From: Klebsiella phage ViciousJeremy
Sequence record: OR896850.1
Length of the DNA: 38,798 nucleotides
Reading direction: 5' to 3' (one strand)
Made by a program: the position numbers and the translations under genes
The notes under the pieces: model-generated
Told to the model about the DNA's origin: nothing
Database searches by the model: none
Seen by the model: only the letters and a program-made list of their open reading frames with translations
Shown here: piece by piece, positions 8,797 to 18,374 of the stretch
Layout of the letters: every line of letters starts with the position of its first letter
How positions within the stretch are numbered: the stretch's first letter is position 1

Positions 8797-8813
8797 CCCT
8801 CACTAACGGGAGA
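8791..8813 (+). promoter_or_regulatory. T3-type class II promoter (phi1.1)
   Basis: AGTTAACCCTCACTAACGGGAGA. Confidence 0.75.
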
Positions 8814-8814
8814 G

Positions 8815-8868
8815 TTAGCCTCAATGTCGTCCAAGCGGGTGGCCTTTGTGATTAACTTTCAACACACA
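8815..8868 (+). ncRNA. RNase III processing hairpin (R1.1-like)
   Basis: GTTAGCCTCAATGTCGTCCAAGCGGGTGGCCTTTGTGATTAACTTTCAACAC. Confidence 0.65.
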
Positions 8869-8888
8869 TCAACACGAGGTAAGATACT

Positions 8889-9029
8889 ATGCGTACCAAC
8901 TTTGAGAAATTTACCAAGCGCGATTCAGTGGTCAACGAGCATGGCGAACAGTGGCAAGAGCGCCGTGACCGCATGAAGAAACGCCACAAGCAACAGCGCG
9001 GTAACTCACAGAAACGGGAGTGGAACTAA
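8889..9029 (+). CDS. 1.1: Gene 1.1 small basic protein (46 aa)
   Basis: MRTNFEKFTKRDSVVNEHGEQWQERRDRMKKRHKQQRGNSQKREWN resembles T7 gp1.1 (MRNFEKMTKRSNRN...KRSWEGQ); GAGGTAAG SD. Confidence 0.65.
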   Translation: MRTNFEKFTKRDSVVNEHGEQWQERRDRMKKRHKQQRGNSQKREWN

Positions 9030-9304
9030 TGATGGGACGTATCTATAGCGGCAACCTGAACGATTACAAAGATGCGGTAGCGCGTCTACAGGAAGACCAT
9101 GACGTGACCGTGAAGGTGGAGTCATTCAGCTATGAAAACCCAGCGAAGATGTGCAGGTCATCCGGTGAGGTTCTCCGTGTGTTCACACGCTCCGGGCATC
9201 CGGTGGCATCCAGAACCTTCGAGCACAGCGACAGTGATGTGCAAATCAACGCGCAGACTGCATGGCTCCGTAAGGTTCACAGCGATTTGAAACACTGGAA
9301 GTAA
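9029..9304 (+). CDS. 1.2: Gene 1.2 inhibitor of host dGTP triphosphohydrolase
   Basis: M(M)GRIYSGNLNDYKDAVARLQ...HSDLKHWK colinear with T7 gp1.2 (MGRLYSGNL...DQLKDWK); start may be 9029 or 9032. Confidence 0.8.
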   Translation: MMGRIYSGNLNDYKDAVARLQEDHDVTVKVESFSYENPAKMCRSSGEVLRVFTRSGHPVASRTFEHSDSDVQINAQTAWLRKVHSDLKHWK

Positions 9305-9324
9305 TAACCCTCACTAACAGGAGA
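9302..9324 (+). promoter_or_regulatory. T3-type class II promoter (phi1.3)
   Basis: AATAACCCTCACTAACAGGAGAA; overlaps the 1.2 stop codon. Confidence 0.7.
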
Positions 9325-9326
9325 AT

Positions 9327-9378
9327 CCTCAAGGTCACTTTAACGAGTGGCCTTTGTGATTCGAACTGATTAACTTTC
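9327..9378 (+). ncRNA. RNase III processing hairpin (R1.3-like)
   Basis: CTCAAGGTCACTTTAACGAGTGGCCTTTGTGATTCGAACTGATTAAC. Confidence 0.65.
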
Positions 9379-9398
9379 AACCAATGAGGAACAACCGT

Positions 9399-10415
9399 AT
9401 GAACATCTTCAAGACCAACCCATTCAAAGCTGTGTCATTCGTAGAGTCTGCCGTTAAGAAAGCGCTGGAGACCTCCGGCTACCTAATGGCTGATATCAAA
9501 TATGATGGTGTGCGCGGTAACATTGTGGTTGACAACGTGGCTGAGGCCGCATGGCTGTCCCGTGTGTCCAAGTTCATCCCGGCGCTGGAACATCTGAACG
9601 GTTTCGATAAGCGCTGGCAGCAACTACTGAACGATGACCGCTGCATTTTCCCGGACGGCTTCATGCTGGATGGTGAACTGATGGTCAAAGGCGTAGACTT
9701 CAACACAGGGTCTGGCCTGCTGCGTACCAAGTGGCTCAAGAAGAACAACTTCATGTTTGACAGTGGTGGTGTTGAGCCGCTGAAAGGTTCAAAAGTAGCC
9801 TTTGAGTTAGACCCTAAGCGCCTGAGTGTGCGCCTGTATGCGGTCATGCCGATTCACATTGCGGAGTCTGGCGAGGACTACAATGTACAGAACCTGCTGA
9901 TGCCGTATCATGTGGAAGCCATGCGCTCTCTTCTGGTTGAATACTTCCCGGAAATCGAGTGGCTTATCGCTGAGACCTACGAGGTCTACGATATGGATTC
10001 GCTGAGTGAACTGTACGAGGCCAAGCGTGCCGAAGGTCACGAGGGTCTCATTGTGAAAGACCCGCAGGGCATCTATAAGCGAGGCAAGAAGTCTGGCTGG
10101 TGGAAATGCAAGCCTAATGACGAAGCCGATGGTATCATTCAGGGTGTCAATTGGGGTACGCCGGGTCTTGCAAACGAAGGTAAAGTTATCGGGTTCTCTG
10201 TGCTTCTTGAGACTGGTCGTCTGGTTGACGCCAACAACATCTCTCGCGCATTGATGGATGAGTTTACCGCGAATGTTAAAGAACATGGCGAGGATTACTA
10301 CAACGGGTGGGCCTGCCAGATTGGATATATGGAGGAAACACCTGATGGCTCATTGCGACACCCTTCATTCACCTGCTTCCGAGGAACTGAGGACAATCCA
10401 CAAGAGAAAGTATAA
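9399..10415 (+). CDS. 1.3: Gene 1.3 ATP-dependent DNA ligase
   Basis: MNIFKTNPFKAVSFVESAVKKALETSGYLMADIKYDGVRGNIVVD... has the KYDG adenylation motif and is colinear with T7 ligase; an upstream in-frame ATG at 9384 is possible, but the SD favours 9399. Confidence 0.92.
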   Translation: MNIFKTNPFKAVSFVESAVKKALETSGYLMADIKYDGVRGNIVVDNVAEAAWLSRVSKFIPALEHLNGFDKRWQQLLNDDRCIFPDGFMLDGELMVKGVDFNTGSGLLRTKWLKKNNFMFDSGGVEPLKGSKVAFELDPKRLSVRLYAVMPIHIAESGEDYNVQNLLMPYHVEAMRSLLVEYFPEIEWLIAETYEVYDMDSLSELYEAKRAEGHEGLIVKDPQGIYKRGKKSGWWKCKPNDEADGIIQGVNWGTPGLANEGKVIGFSVLLETGRLVDANNISRALMDEFTANVKEHGEDYYNGWACQIGYMEETPDGSLRHPSFTCFRGTEDNPQEKV

Positions 10416-10818
10416 GTTAGACCGGGAGGCTCCTTCGGGAGTCGTTTCCGCCTCTGGTAAACCTTTAGGGTATAAGCGGAAAGATGGCTACTGGATTCTC
10501 TCTTATGGTGGCAAACAAATGCTGGCACATCGTGTGGTCTGGATGTTGACCCACGGTGAAATCCCGGAAGGTATGGTCATTGACCACATCAACAGGAACC
10601 CTAGTGATAACCGTATCGAAAACCTTCGGTGTGTCACTCAAGCTGTTAACTTATCGAATGTTGACGTCCGGTCTCATTGTTTAAGTGGCGAGAAGTATAT
10701 TGCCCTTGACAAGAGAACCGGACGTTTTTCCGTTCGTATCAAGCGCAAATCCCACGGAACCTATGGAACCCTTGAGGAAGCTATAGCCGTGCGAGATGCT
10801 GCCATTAACCCTCACTAA
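10345..10818 (+). CDS. HNH (HNH_3) plus AP2-domain homing endonuclease-like protein; ORF overlaps the 3-prime end of the ligase gene
   Basis: frame open from 10258; GGAGGA SD at 10331 then ATG 10345 inside the ligase; ...KDGYWILSYGGKQMLAHRVVWMLTHGEIPEGMVIDHINRNPSDNRIENLRCVTQAVN is an HNH_3 motif; C-terminal GEKYIALDKRTGRFSVRIKRKSHGTYGTLEEAIAVRDAA is an AP2 domain; stop TAA lies inside the next promoter. Confidence 0.7.
   Translation: MAHCDTLHSPASEELRTIHKRKYKLDREAPSGVVSASGKPLGYKRKDGYWILSYGGKQMLAHRVVWMLTHGEIPEGMVIDHINRNPSDNRIENLRCVTQAVNLSNVDVRSHCLSGEKYIALDKRTGRFSVRIKRKSHGTYGTLEEAIAVRDAAINPH
10425..10450 (+). terminator. Early terminator TE-like hairpin (UUCG tetraloop) just after the ligase stop, inside the HNH ORF
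   Basis: GGCTCC-TTCG-GGAGTC stem with one G.U pair, followed by GTTTCC; resembles T7 TE (GGCTCACCTTCGGGTGGGCCTTTCTGCG), which lies after gene 1.3. Confidence 0.45.
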
Positions 10819-10825
10819 CAGGAGA
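10803..10825 (+). promoter_or_regulatory. T3-type class II promoter (phi1.5)
   Basis: CATTAACCCTCACTAACAGGAGAC. Confidence 0.7.
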
Positions 10826-10833
10826 CACACACC

Positions 10834-10911
10834 ATGTGGCTTATCCTATTCGCTATCGTCGCAACGATTAGTTTAATGGCTGCCGACGACAACATTTGGC
10901 CTGATTGTTAA
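10834..10911 (+). CDS. Possible 25-aa hydrophobic peptide
   Basis: CAGGAGACACACACC ATG; MWLILFAIVATISLMAADDNIWPDC; too short for homology assessment. Confidence 0.25.
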   Translation: MWLILFAIVATISLMAADDNIWPDC

Positions 10912-10923
10912 GGAGACAACATC

Positions 10924-11181
10924 ATGCGTTTACACTTCAACACATCAAACGGTATCTTTTCGGTTCGCCGTGAAGACCGCTCTACAGCAGTGGCCTCTGA
11001 GCGTAACGCCAAGCTGCCGCTGATTGGTTCGGTCGTTCCACTGTCGCCGCGTGTTCACCTACTGATAACTCGTGGAGAGTTCATTAAGGCGATGAACAAA
11101 GAGCGCCCACATCTGGAAGCCGTGGTCACTTACTGGCCTCGCATCCGTCTGTTCGTTAAGTGGATTAAGGAGGTGCTGTAA
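10924..11181 (+). CDS. 1.6: Gene 1.6 protein (85 aa)
   Basis: MRLHFNTSNGIFSVRREDRS... resembles T7 gp1.6; AAGGAGA SD. Confidence 0.7.
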   Translation: MRLHFNTSNGIFSVRREDRSTAVASERNAKLPLIGSVVPLSPRVHLLITRGEFIKAMNKERPHLEAVVTYWPRIRLFVKWIKEVL

Positions 11182-11672
11182 TGTTACAACATCATTGGAA
11201 CAAACCAGACTTAGAGGCTCGCTTCCCGGTTAACTCTGTTGTGCGATACTCCGGCGGTGGCCTCAAGCGCATCTTAGGGATGAGCGGAGTGGTCACTGGT
11301 CACTCGCACACAGGTCGCGTTAAGGTTCGCTTCGGTACTCAGCACGCTGAGGTTCTTCCTGACAATCTGATTCCGCTGCCTAAAGCTGACGTTAAGACTC
11401 CGAACGTGGAAGCACCGAAGACAGAAGTCAAGTCTGACGTGACCCATCCGAACCACTACATGCTGTTCGACAACGTGGAAGCCATTGAGGTTATCGCCCG
11501 GTCAATGACCGTCGAGGCGTTCCGTGGGTACTGCCTTGGGAATATTTTGAAGTACCGCCTGCGTGCTGGCAAGAAATCCGAACTGGCAACTATGGAGAAA
11601 GACCTCAATAAAGCTGCATTCTATCAGGAACTCTTTGACAAACATAAGGGGCTGTGTTATGACGCTTCGTGA
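11181..11672 (+). CDS. 1.7: Gene 1.7 nucleotide kinase-like protein (DUF3310-type C-terminal domain)
   Basis: C-terminal ...HPNHYMLFDNVEAIEVIARSMTVEAFRGYCLGNILKYRLRAGKK is the conserved motif of T7 gp1.7. Confidence 0.75.
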   Translation: MLQHHWNKPDLEARFPVNSVVRYSGGGLKRILGMSGVVTGHSHTGRVKVRFGTQHAEVLPDNLIPLPKADVKTPNVEAPKTEVKSDVTHPNHYMLFDNVEAIEVIARSMTVEAFRGYCLGNILKYRLRAGKKSELATMEKDLNKAAFYQELFDKHKGLCYDAS

Positions 11673-11796
11673 ATGCTGCGATTGGTGTGCCGCTAAGTGG
11701 AGCCAAGCTATTGAGGATGGTGACAAGGCGGCTGCTGACGCTTATCAACAACTGTACGCGCTGTGGGAGCGGCGCTTTAAGGAGGCCAATAAATGA
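11659..11796 (+). CDS. 1.8: Gene 1.8 small protein (45 aa)
   Basis: ATG overlaps the 1.7 stop; [45 protein letters not shown]. Confidence 0.5.
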   Translation: MTLRECCDWCAAKWSQAIEDGDKAAADAYQQLYALWERRFKEANK

Positions 11797-12029
11797 GCCA
11801 GTGTAACAACGGGTGCCAGTATGCGAAGGACGTAGGGATGGAGAACCACTCCTGTGCGAATCGCTGCATGTACTCAGAACAGAAATACCTTCTGACGATA
11901 GAAGGCAACACCGAGTCCTTTGAGGTTCCGGTATTCGCCCGGTCTCTCGAAGAGGCAGCGCTACAGGCTGAACATTATGAGGACGCTGGGTTCGTAGTGA
12001 CTCGCATCCGTCCAGAAGTGAAAGCCTAA
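11793..12029 (+). CDS. 2: Gene 2 inhibitor of host RNA polymerase
   Basis: C-terminal ...[34 protein letters not shown] matches T7 gp2 (...[31 protein letters not shown]). Confidence 0.8.
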   Translation: MSQCNNGCQYAKDVGMENHSCANRCMYSEQKYLLTIEGNTESFEVPVFARSLEEAALQAEHYEDAGFVVTRIRPEVKA

Positions 12030-12049
12030 TTACCCTCACTAAAGGGAAC
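12027..12049 (+). promoter_or_regulatory. T3-type promoter variant (phi2.5)
   Basis: TAATTACCCTCACTAAAGGGAAC; overlaps the gene 2 stop. Confidence 0.65.
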
Positions 12050-12081
12050 AACCCAATCATTAACCACAAAGGAGAAACATT

Positions 12082-12780
12082 ATGGCTGGTTTCAAGAAGA
12101 AAATTTACACCTCTGGTCTTGGCACTGCTGAGCCTTATGCTTACCTGAGTAAGCCGGATTATGGCAACGAAGAGCGTGGCTTCGGCAACCCTCGTGGTGT
12201 CTATAAGGTAGACCTGACTCTTTCCAATAAAGACCCGCGCTGTCAGGCAATGGTCGATGAAATCGTGAAGTGTCACGAAGAGGCTTATGCTGCTGCCGTG
12301 GAAGAGTTCGAAGCTAACCCGCCGCAGGTACAGCGTGGTAAGAAACCACTGAAACCTTACGAGGGCGACATGCCGTTCTTCGATAACGGTGATGGCACGA
12401 CTACCTTCAAGTTCAAATGCTATGCGTCTTTCCAAGATAAGAAGACCAAAGAGACCAAACACATCAATCTGGTCGTGGTCGATAGTAAAGGTAAGAAGAT
12501 TCAAGAAGTGCCAATTATCGGTGGCGGCTCCAAGCTGAAAGTGAAATACTCTCTGGTGCCTTACAAGTGGAACACCGCTGTGGGTGCAAGCGTCAAGCTG
12601 CAACTGGAGTCCGTGATGCTGGTCGAACTGGCTACCTTCGGTGGTGGCGGTGAAGATGAGTGGGCCGATGAAGTCGAAGATGGTGGTTACACTGCGAGTG
12701 AATCCCGTCAGTCCCGCGATGAGCAGGAGTGGCAGGAAGACGAGCACGAAGAAACCCCGGATGACGACGAGGACTTCTAA
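12082..12780 (+). CDS. 2.5: Gene 2.5 single-stranded DNA-binding protein
   Basis: 232 aa (same as T7); MAGFKKKIYTSGLGTAEPYAYL... with acidic C-terminal tail ...DDDEDF. Confidence 0.95.
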   Translation: MAGFKKKIYTSGLGTAEPYAYLSKPDYGNEERGFGNPRGVYKVDLTLSNKDPRCQAMVDEIVKCHEEAYAAAVEEFEANPPQVQRGKKPLKPYEGDMPFFDNGDGTTTFKFKCYASFQDKKTKETKHINLVVVDSKGKKIQEVPIIGGGSKLKVKYSLVPYKWNTAVGASVKLQLESVMLVELATFGGGGEDEWADEVEDGGYTASESRQSRDEQEWQEDEHEETPDDDEDF

Positions 12781-13241
12781 TGGCTGGCGCATACGCTGCG
12801 CGAGGTGTACGCAAGGTCGGGGCTTTCCGCTCCGGCCTAGAAGATAAAGTCTCAAAGCAGCTTGAGAGTAAGGGAATTAAGTTCGACTATGAACTTTGGC
12901 GTATCCCTTACGTCATCCCTGCGAGTGACCACTTATACACTCCAGACTTCCTGCTACCTAATGGCATCTTCATTGAGACCAAAGGGCTGTGGGATTCCGA
13001 TGACCGCAAGAAACACCTTTTGATTCGTGAGCAACACCCTGAACTGGATATTCGCTTGGTCTTCTCAAGCAGCCGCTCAAAGCTCTACAAAGGTAGCCCA
13101 ACAAGCTACGCCGAGTGGTGTGAGAAGCATGGCATTCTGTTTGCTGACAAGTTAATTCCGGTGGAGTGGCTCAAAGAACCCAAGAAGGAGGTTCCGTTCG
13201 ATAAATTTAAGACTAAGAAAGGAGTAAAGAAAAATGGCTAA
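12780..13241 (+). CDS. 3: Gene 3 endonuclease I (Holliday-junction resolvase)
   Basis: 153 aa; ...YVIPASDHLYTPDFLLPNGIFIETKGLWDSDDRKKHLLIREQHPELDIRLVF matches T7 endo I. Confidence 0.92.
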   Translation: MAGAYAARGVRKVGAFRSGLEDKVSKQLESKGIKFDYELWRIPYVIPASDHLYTPDFLLPNGIFIETKGLWDSDDRKKHLLIREQHPELDIRLVFSSSRSKLYKGSPTSYAEWCEKHGILFADKLIPVEWLKEPKKEVPFDKFKTKKGVKKNG

Positions 13242-13689
13242 AGTTCAATTCAAACCACGAGAAACCACGGAGGCAATCTTTGTGCATTGCTCAGCAACCA
13301 AGCCAAGCCAGAACATTGGCGTTCGTGAGATTCGTCAGTGGCACAAAGAGCAGGGCTGGTTAGACGTAGGATATCACTTCATCATCAAGCGTGATGGCAC
13401 TGTGGAAGCAGGCCGCGATGAACTGGCTGTAGGTTCCCACGTTAAAGGTTACAACCACAACTCCGTAGGCGTATGCCTCGTGGGTGGGATTGATGATAAA
13501 GGCAAGTTCGACGCCAACTTTACACCTGCGCAAATGCAAGCGCTGCGTAGTCTGCTGGTCACGCTGCTGGCGAAGTATGAGGGTTCAGTCCTTCGTGCTC
13601 ACCATGACGTTGCACCCAAAGCCTGCCCGTCCTTCGACTTGAAGCGCTGGTGGGAGAAGAACGAACTGGTTACATCTGACCGAGGGTGA
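13234..13689 (+). CDS. 3.5: Gene 3.5 lysozyme (N-acetylmuramoyl-L-alanine amidase, also RNAP inhibitor)
   Basis: 151 aa (same as T7); MAKVQFKPRETTEAIFVHCSATKPSQNIGVREIRQWH... matches T7 lysozyme. Confidence 0.95.
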   Translation: MAKVQFKPRETTEAIFVHCSATKPSQNIGVREIRQWHKEQGWLDVGYHFIIKRDGTVEAGRDELAVGSHVKGYNHNSVGVCLVGGIDDKGKFDANFTPAQMQALRSLLVTLLAKYEGSVLRAHHDVAPKACPSFDLKRWWEKNELVTSDRG

Positions 13690-13693
13690 TACC

Positions 13694-13799
13694 ATGAGGA
13701 TGATTTGTATTCGCTGTGATAAGCCGTTGAAGAGTCGTGTACCGTCACGTCAGTGTCAGTGCAAAGACCCAATCAAGGCGGAGGAACACACCGAGGAAT

Positions 13800-13801
<2 letters not shown>
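13694..13801 (+). CDS. Small Cys-rich ORF (35 aa, gene 3.7-like)
   Basis: GAGGGTGA SD; MRMICIRCDKPLKSRVPSRQCQCKDPIKAEEHTEE has a CxxC...CxC arrangement; stop inside the next promoter. Confidence 0.35.
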
Positions 13802-15568
<1,767 letters not shown>

Positions 15569-15615
15569 AGGATGCCCGTGTGGGCATTCCGATTGCGATG
15601 GAATCATGTACCACT

Positions 15616-15638
15616 AATTAACCCTCACTAACGGGAAC
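15616..15638 (+). promoter_or_regulatory. T3-type class II promoter (phi4.3)
   Basis: TAATTAACCCTCACTAACGGGAACAACC. Confidence 0.7.
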
Positions 15639-15663
15639 AACCTCAAACCATAGGAGACACACC

Positions 15664-15876
15664 ATGTTTAAACTCATTAACGCTTTAGGTAAGCTGGTAG
15701 TTAAACTGTACTTCATCGAAGCCAAGAAGCTGGACAAGAAGGCCAAAGCTGATTCACAGCGAGCCATTGAGTTGGCGAAACAGTCCCGCGAGAAATCCGA
15801 TGCGGCTGTTAGTGGCATCCACAAGTCGGCAGCGATTGCAGCCAAAGCACAGTCCATGAGCAAATTCTTTGAGTAA
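15664..15876 (+). CDS. 4.3: Gene 4.3 protein (70 aa)
   Basis: MFKLINALGKLVVKLYFIEAKKLD...KAQSMSKFFE matches T7 gp4.3 (MFKLIKKLGQLLVRMY...KAQQLSKFFE). Confidence 0.75.
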   Translation: MFKLINALGKLVVKLYFIEAKKLDKKAKADSQRAIELAKQSREKSDAAVSGIHKSAAIAAKAQSMSKFFE

Positions 15877-15888
15877 GGAGCGAACACT

Positions 15889-16173
15889 ATGAGTAAGTCA
15901 ATCACCCACGCAAACACCATCCGTCTGCCAGACACCGCCGACCAGTTCTCCCGCCGAGTACACATCAATGTGCGTGGTGAGAAGGTAACGATGGTCTACC
16001 GCTGGAAAGACCACAAGTCTCCGAAAGCACACACTCAACGAATGACCTTGGATGACAAGCAGGTCGGTCGCCTGATGGGTGCCCTGACTATGGCTGCTGA
16101 CAAGGTGGTCGGTGACAACCGTGAGCGTCTGGTAGAGTTCGGCGCTGGTATGCAAGAGATTATCGAGAAGTGA
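15889..16173 (+). CDS. 4.5: Gene 4.5 protein (94 aa)
   Basis: position and size as T7 gp4.5; GGAG SD. Confidence 0.65.
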   Translation: MSKSITHANTIRLPDTADQFSRRVHINVRGEKVTMVYRWKDHKSPKAHTQRMTLDDKQVGRLMGALTMAADKVVGDNRERLVEFGAGMQEIIEK

Positions 16174-16222
16174 TAAACTCAAGGTCGCCTAAGGGTGGCC
16201 TTTATGATTATCATTTAGCACG
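16174..16222 (+). ncRNA. RNase III processing hairpin (R4.7-like)
   Basis: TAAACTCAAGGTCGCCTAAGGGTGGCCTTTATGATTATCATTTAGCACG. Confidence 0.7.
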
Positions 16223-16240
16223 AAACCAAAGGAGGGCATT

Positions 16241-18355
16241 ATGCTCGTAAGTGACATTGAGGCCAACAACCTCTTAGAGAAAGTCACCAAGTTTCACTGT
16301 GGCGTTATCTATGACTACCGTGATGGTGAGTATCATAGTTATCGTCCGGGCGACTTCGGGGCGTATCTGGATGCGCTGGAAGCCGAGGTGAAGCGAGGTG
16401 GGCTTATTGTTTTCCATAACGGTCACAAGTATGACGTTCCGGCTTTAGAGAAACTCGCAAAGCTGCAACTCAATCGTGACTTCAAGTTACCTCGTGAGAA
16501 TTGTATTGACACATTGGTACTCTCGCGTTTACTTCATGCGAACCTTAAAGACACAGACATGGGGCTTCTTCGTTCCGGGAAACTACCCGGTCGTCGCTTC
16601 GGGTCTCACGCTCTTGAGGCATGGGGTTATCGCTTGGGCGAGATGAAAGGTGAATACAAGGACGACTTCAAGGCTATGCTGGAAGAGCAGGGTGAAGAAT
16701 ATGTTGAGGGTGCTGAGTGGGTTTCGTTCAACGAGCCGATGATGGCGTATAACGTTCAAGACGTTGTGGTCACTGTCAAGCTCTTAGAGAAATTCCTTAC
16801 AGACCTCCACTACTTCCCTGCGGGTATGGACTTCACGAAGTATGATGCGGATTTATTCTGGCGAGAAGCTGGCGAGTCTGTGGATATTGAACATCGTGCA
16901 GCGTGGCTTTTAGCGAAGCAGGAGCGTAACGGCTTCCCGTTCAACACCAAGGCAATTGAGGAACTTTATGTAGAACTGGCAGCGAAACGCGCAGAACTTC
17001 TGCGAAAGTTAACCGAAACGTTTGGCTCGTGGTATCAACCGAAAGGTGGTAAGGAACTCTTCAAGCACCCACGTACAGGCAAGCCGCTGCCGAGTTATCC
17101 TCGTGTGGTCTATCCGAAACAGGGTGGCGTGTACAAGAAGCCTCGTAATAAGGCACAGCGCGAAGGTTTTGAACCTTGCGACTTGGACACGAGGGATTAC
17201 ATGGAGGGTGCTCCGTACACTCCGGTCGAGTTCGTTACGTTCAAGCCAAGTAGCCGTGACCACATTCAGAAGAAACTACAGGAGGCCGGATGGGTTCCTG
17301 AGAAGTTCACCGAGAAGGGTGCGCCTGTGGTGGACGATGAGGTCTTGGAGCATGTACGAGTGGATGACCCTGAGAAGCAGGCGTGCATTGACTTGATTAA
17401 AGAGTACCTGATGATACAGAAGCGTATCGGTCAGGCGGCAGAAGGTGACAAAGCGTGGTTACGTTATGTTCAAGATGATGGTAAGATTCATGGAGCCGTT
17501 AACCCTAACGGTGCAGTTACTGGTCGTGCTACTCATAGTTTCCCAAACCTTGCACAAGTACCCGGCGTTCGTTCTCCTTACGGGGAGCAGTGTCGTAGCG
17601 CTTTTGGTGCTGAACATCATTTGGATGGGATTACTGGCAAGCCGTGGGTTCAAGCGGGGATAGACGCCAGTGGCTTAGAGTTGCGCTGTCTGGCACACTT
17701 CATGGCTCGCTTCGATAACGGAGAGTATGCGAATGAGATTCTCAACGGTGACATTCACACCAAGAACCAGAACGCTGCGGAACTCCCAACGCGAGACAAC
17801 GCCAAGACCTTCATTTACGGGTTCCTTTACGGAGCAGGAGATGAGAAGATTGGTCAGATTGTTGGGGCCGGGAAGGAGCGCGGGAAGGAACTCAAGAAGA
17901 AATTCTTAGAGAACACCCCGGCGATTGCAGCGCTACGAGAAGCTATCCAACAGTCTCTCGTTAAGTCTTCCGCTTGGATTGGCGGTGAGCAGAAAGTCCA
18001 GTGGAAACGCCGTTGGATTAAGGGTCTGGATGGTCGCAAGGTTCACGTCAGGTCTCCACACGCAGCGCTCAACACATTGTTGCAGTCTGCTGGTGCTCTG
18101 ATTTGTAAGCTGTGGATTATCAAGACCGAAGAGATGCTCATTGAGAAAGGCTTGAAGCACGGCTGGGATGGTGACTTTGCGTACATGGCTTGGGTTCATG
18201 ATGAGATTCAGGTGGCCTGCCGTACCGAGCACATCGCTCAGATTGTTATTGACACCGCGCAGGAAGCTATGCGTTGGGTCGGAGAGCATTGGGCTTTCCG
18301 TTGTCGTTTAGATACCGAGGGTAAGATGGGGCCGAATTGGGCTGTCTGCCACTAA
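16241..18355 (+). CDS. 5: Gene 5 DNA polymerase (family A, thioredoxin-dependent)
   Basis: 704 aa, same length as T7 gp5; MLVSDIEANNLLEKVTKFHCGVIYDY... near-colinear identity with the T7 DNAP exo and pol motifs. Confidence 0.97.
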   Translation: MLVSDIEANNLLEKVTKFHCGVIYDYRDGEYHSYRPGDFGAYLDALEAEVKRGGLIVFHNGHKYDVPALEKLAKLQLNRDFKLPRENCIDTLVLSRLLHANLKDTDMGLLRSGKLPGRRFGSHALEAWGYRLGEMKGEYKDDFKAMLEEQGEEYVEGAEWVSFNEPMMAYNVQDVVVTVKLLEKFLTDLHYFPAGMDFTKYDADLFWREAGESVDIEHRAAWLLAKQERNGFPFNTKAIEELYVELAAKRAELLRKLTETFGSWYQPKGGKELFKHPRTGKPLPSYPRVVYPKQGGVYKKPRNKAQREGFEPCDLDTRDYMEGAPYTPVEFVTFKPSSRDHIQKKLQEAGWVPEKFTEKGAPVVDDEVLEHVRVDDPEKQACIDLIKEYLMIQKRIGQAAEGDKAWLRYVQDDGKIHGAVNPNGAVTGRATHSFPNLAQVPGVRSPYGEQCRSAFGAEHHLDGITGKPWVQAGIDASGLELRCLAHFMARFDNGEYANEILNGDIHTKNQNAAELPTRDNAKTFIYGFLYGAGDEKIGQIVGAGKERGKELKKKFLENTPAIAALREAIQQSLVKSSAWIGGEQKVQWKRRWIKGLDGRKVHVRSPHAALNTLLQSAGALICKLWIIKTEEMLIEKGLKHGWDGDFAYMAWVHDEIQVACRTEHIAQIVIDTAQEAMRWVGEHWAFRCRLDTEGKMGPNWAVCH

Positions 18356-18374
18356 TTCTATAGGAGAAATTATT

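Noticed and set aside
11605-12855. 416-aa ORF on the minus strand antisense to genes 1.8, 2 and 2.5
   Set aside because: Every verified gene in T7-like phages is on one strand. The product is low-complexity with no SD context, and long antisense ORFs are a common by-product of biased codon usage. Treated as an artefact, though it would be testable by strand-specific RNA-seq.
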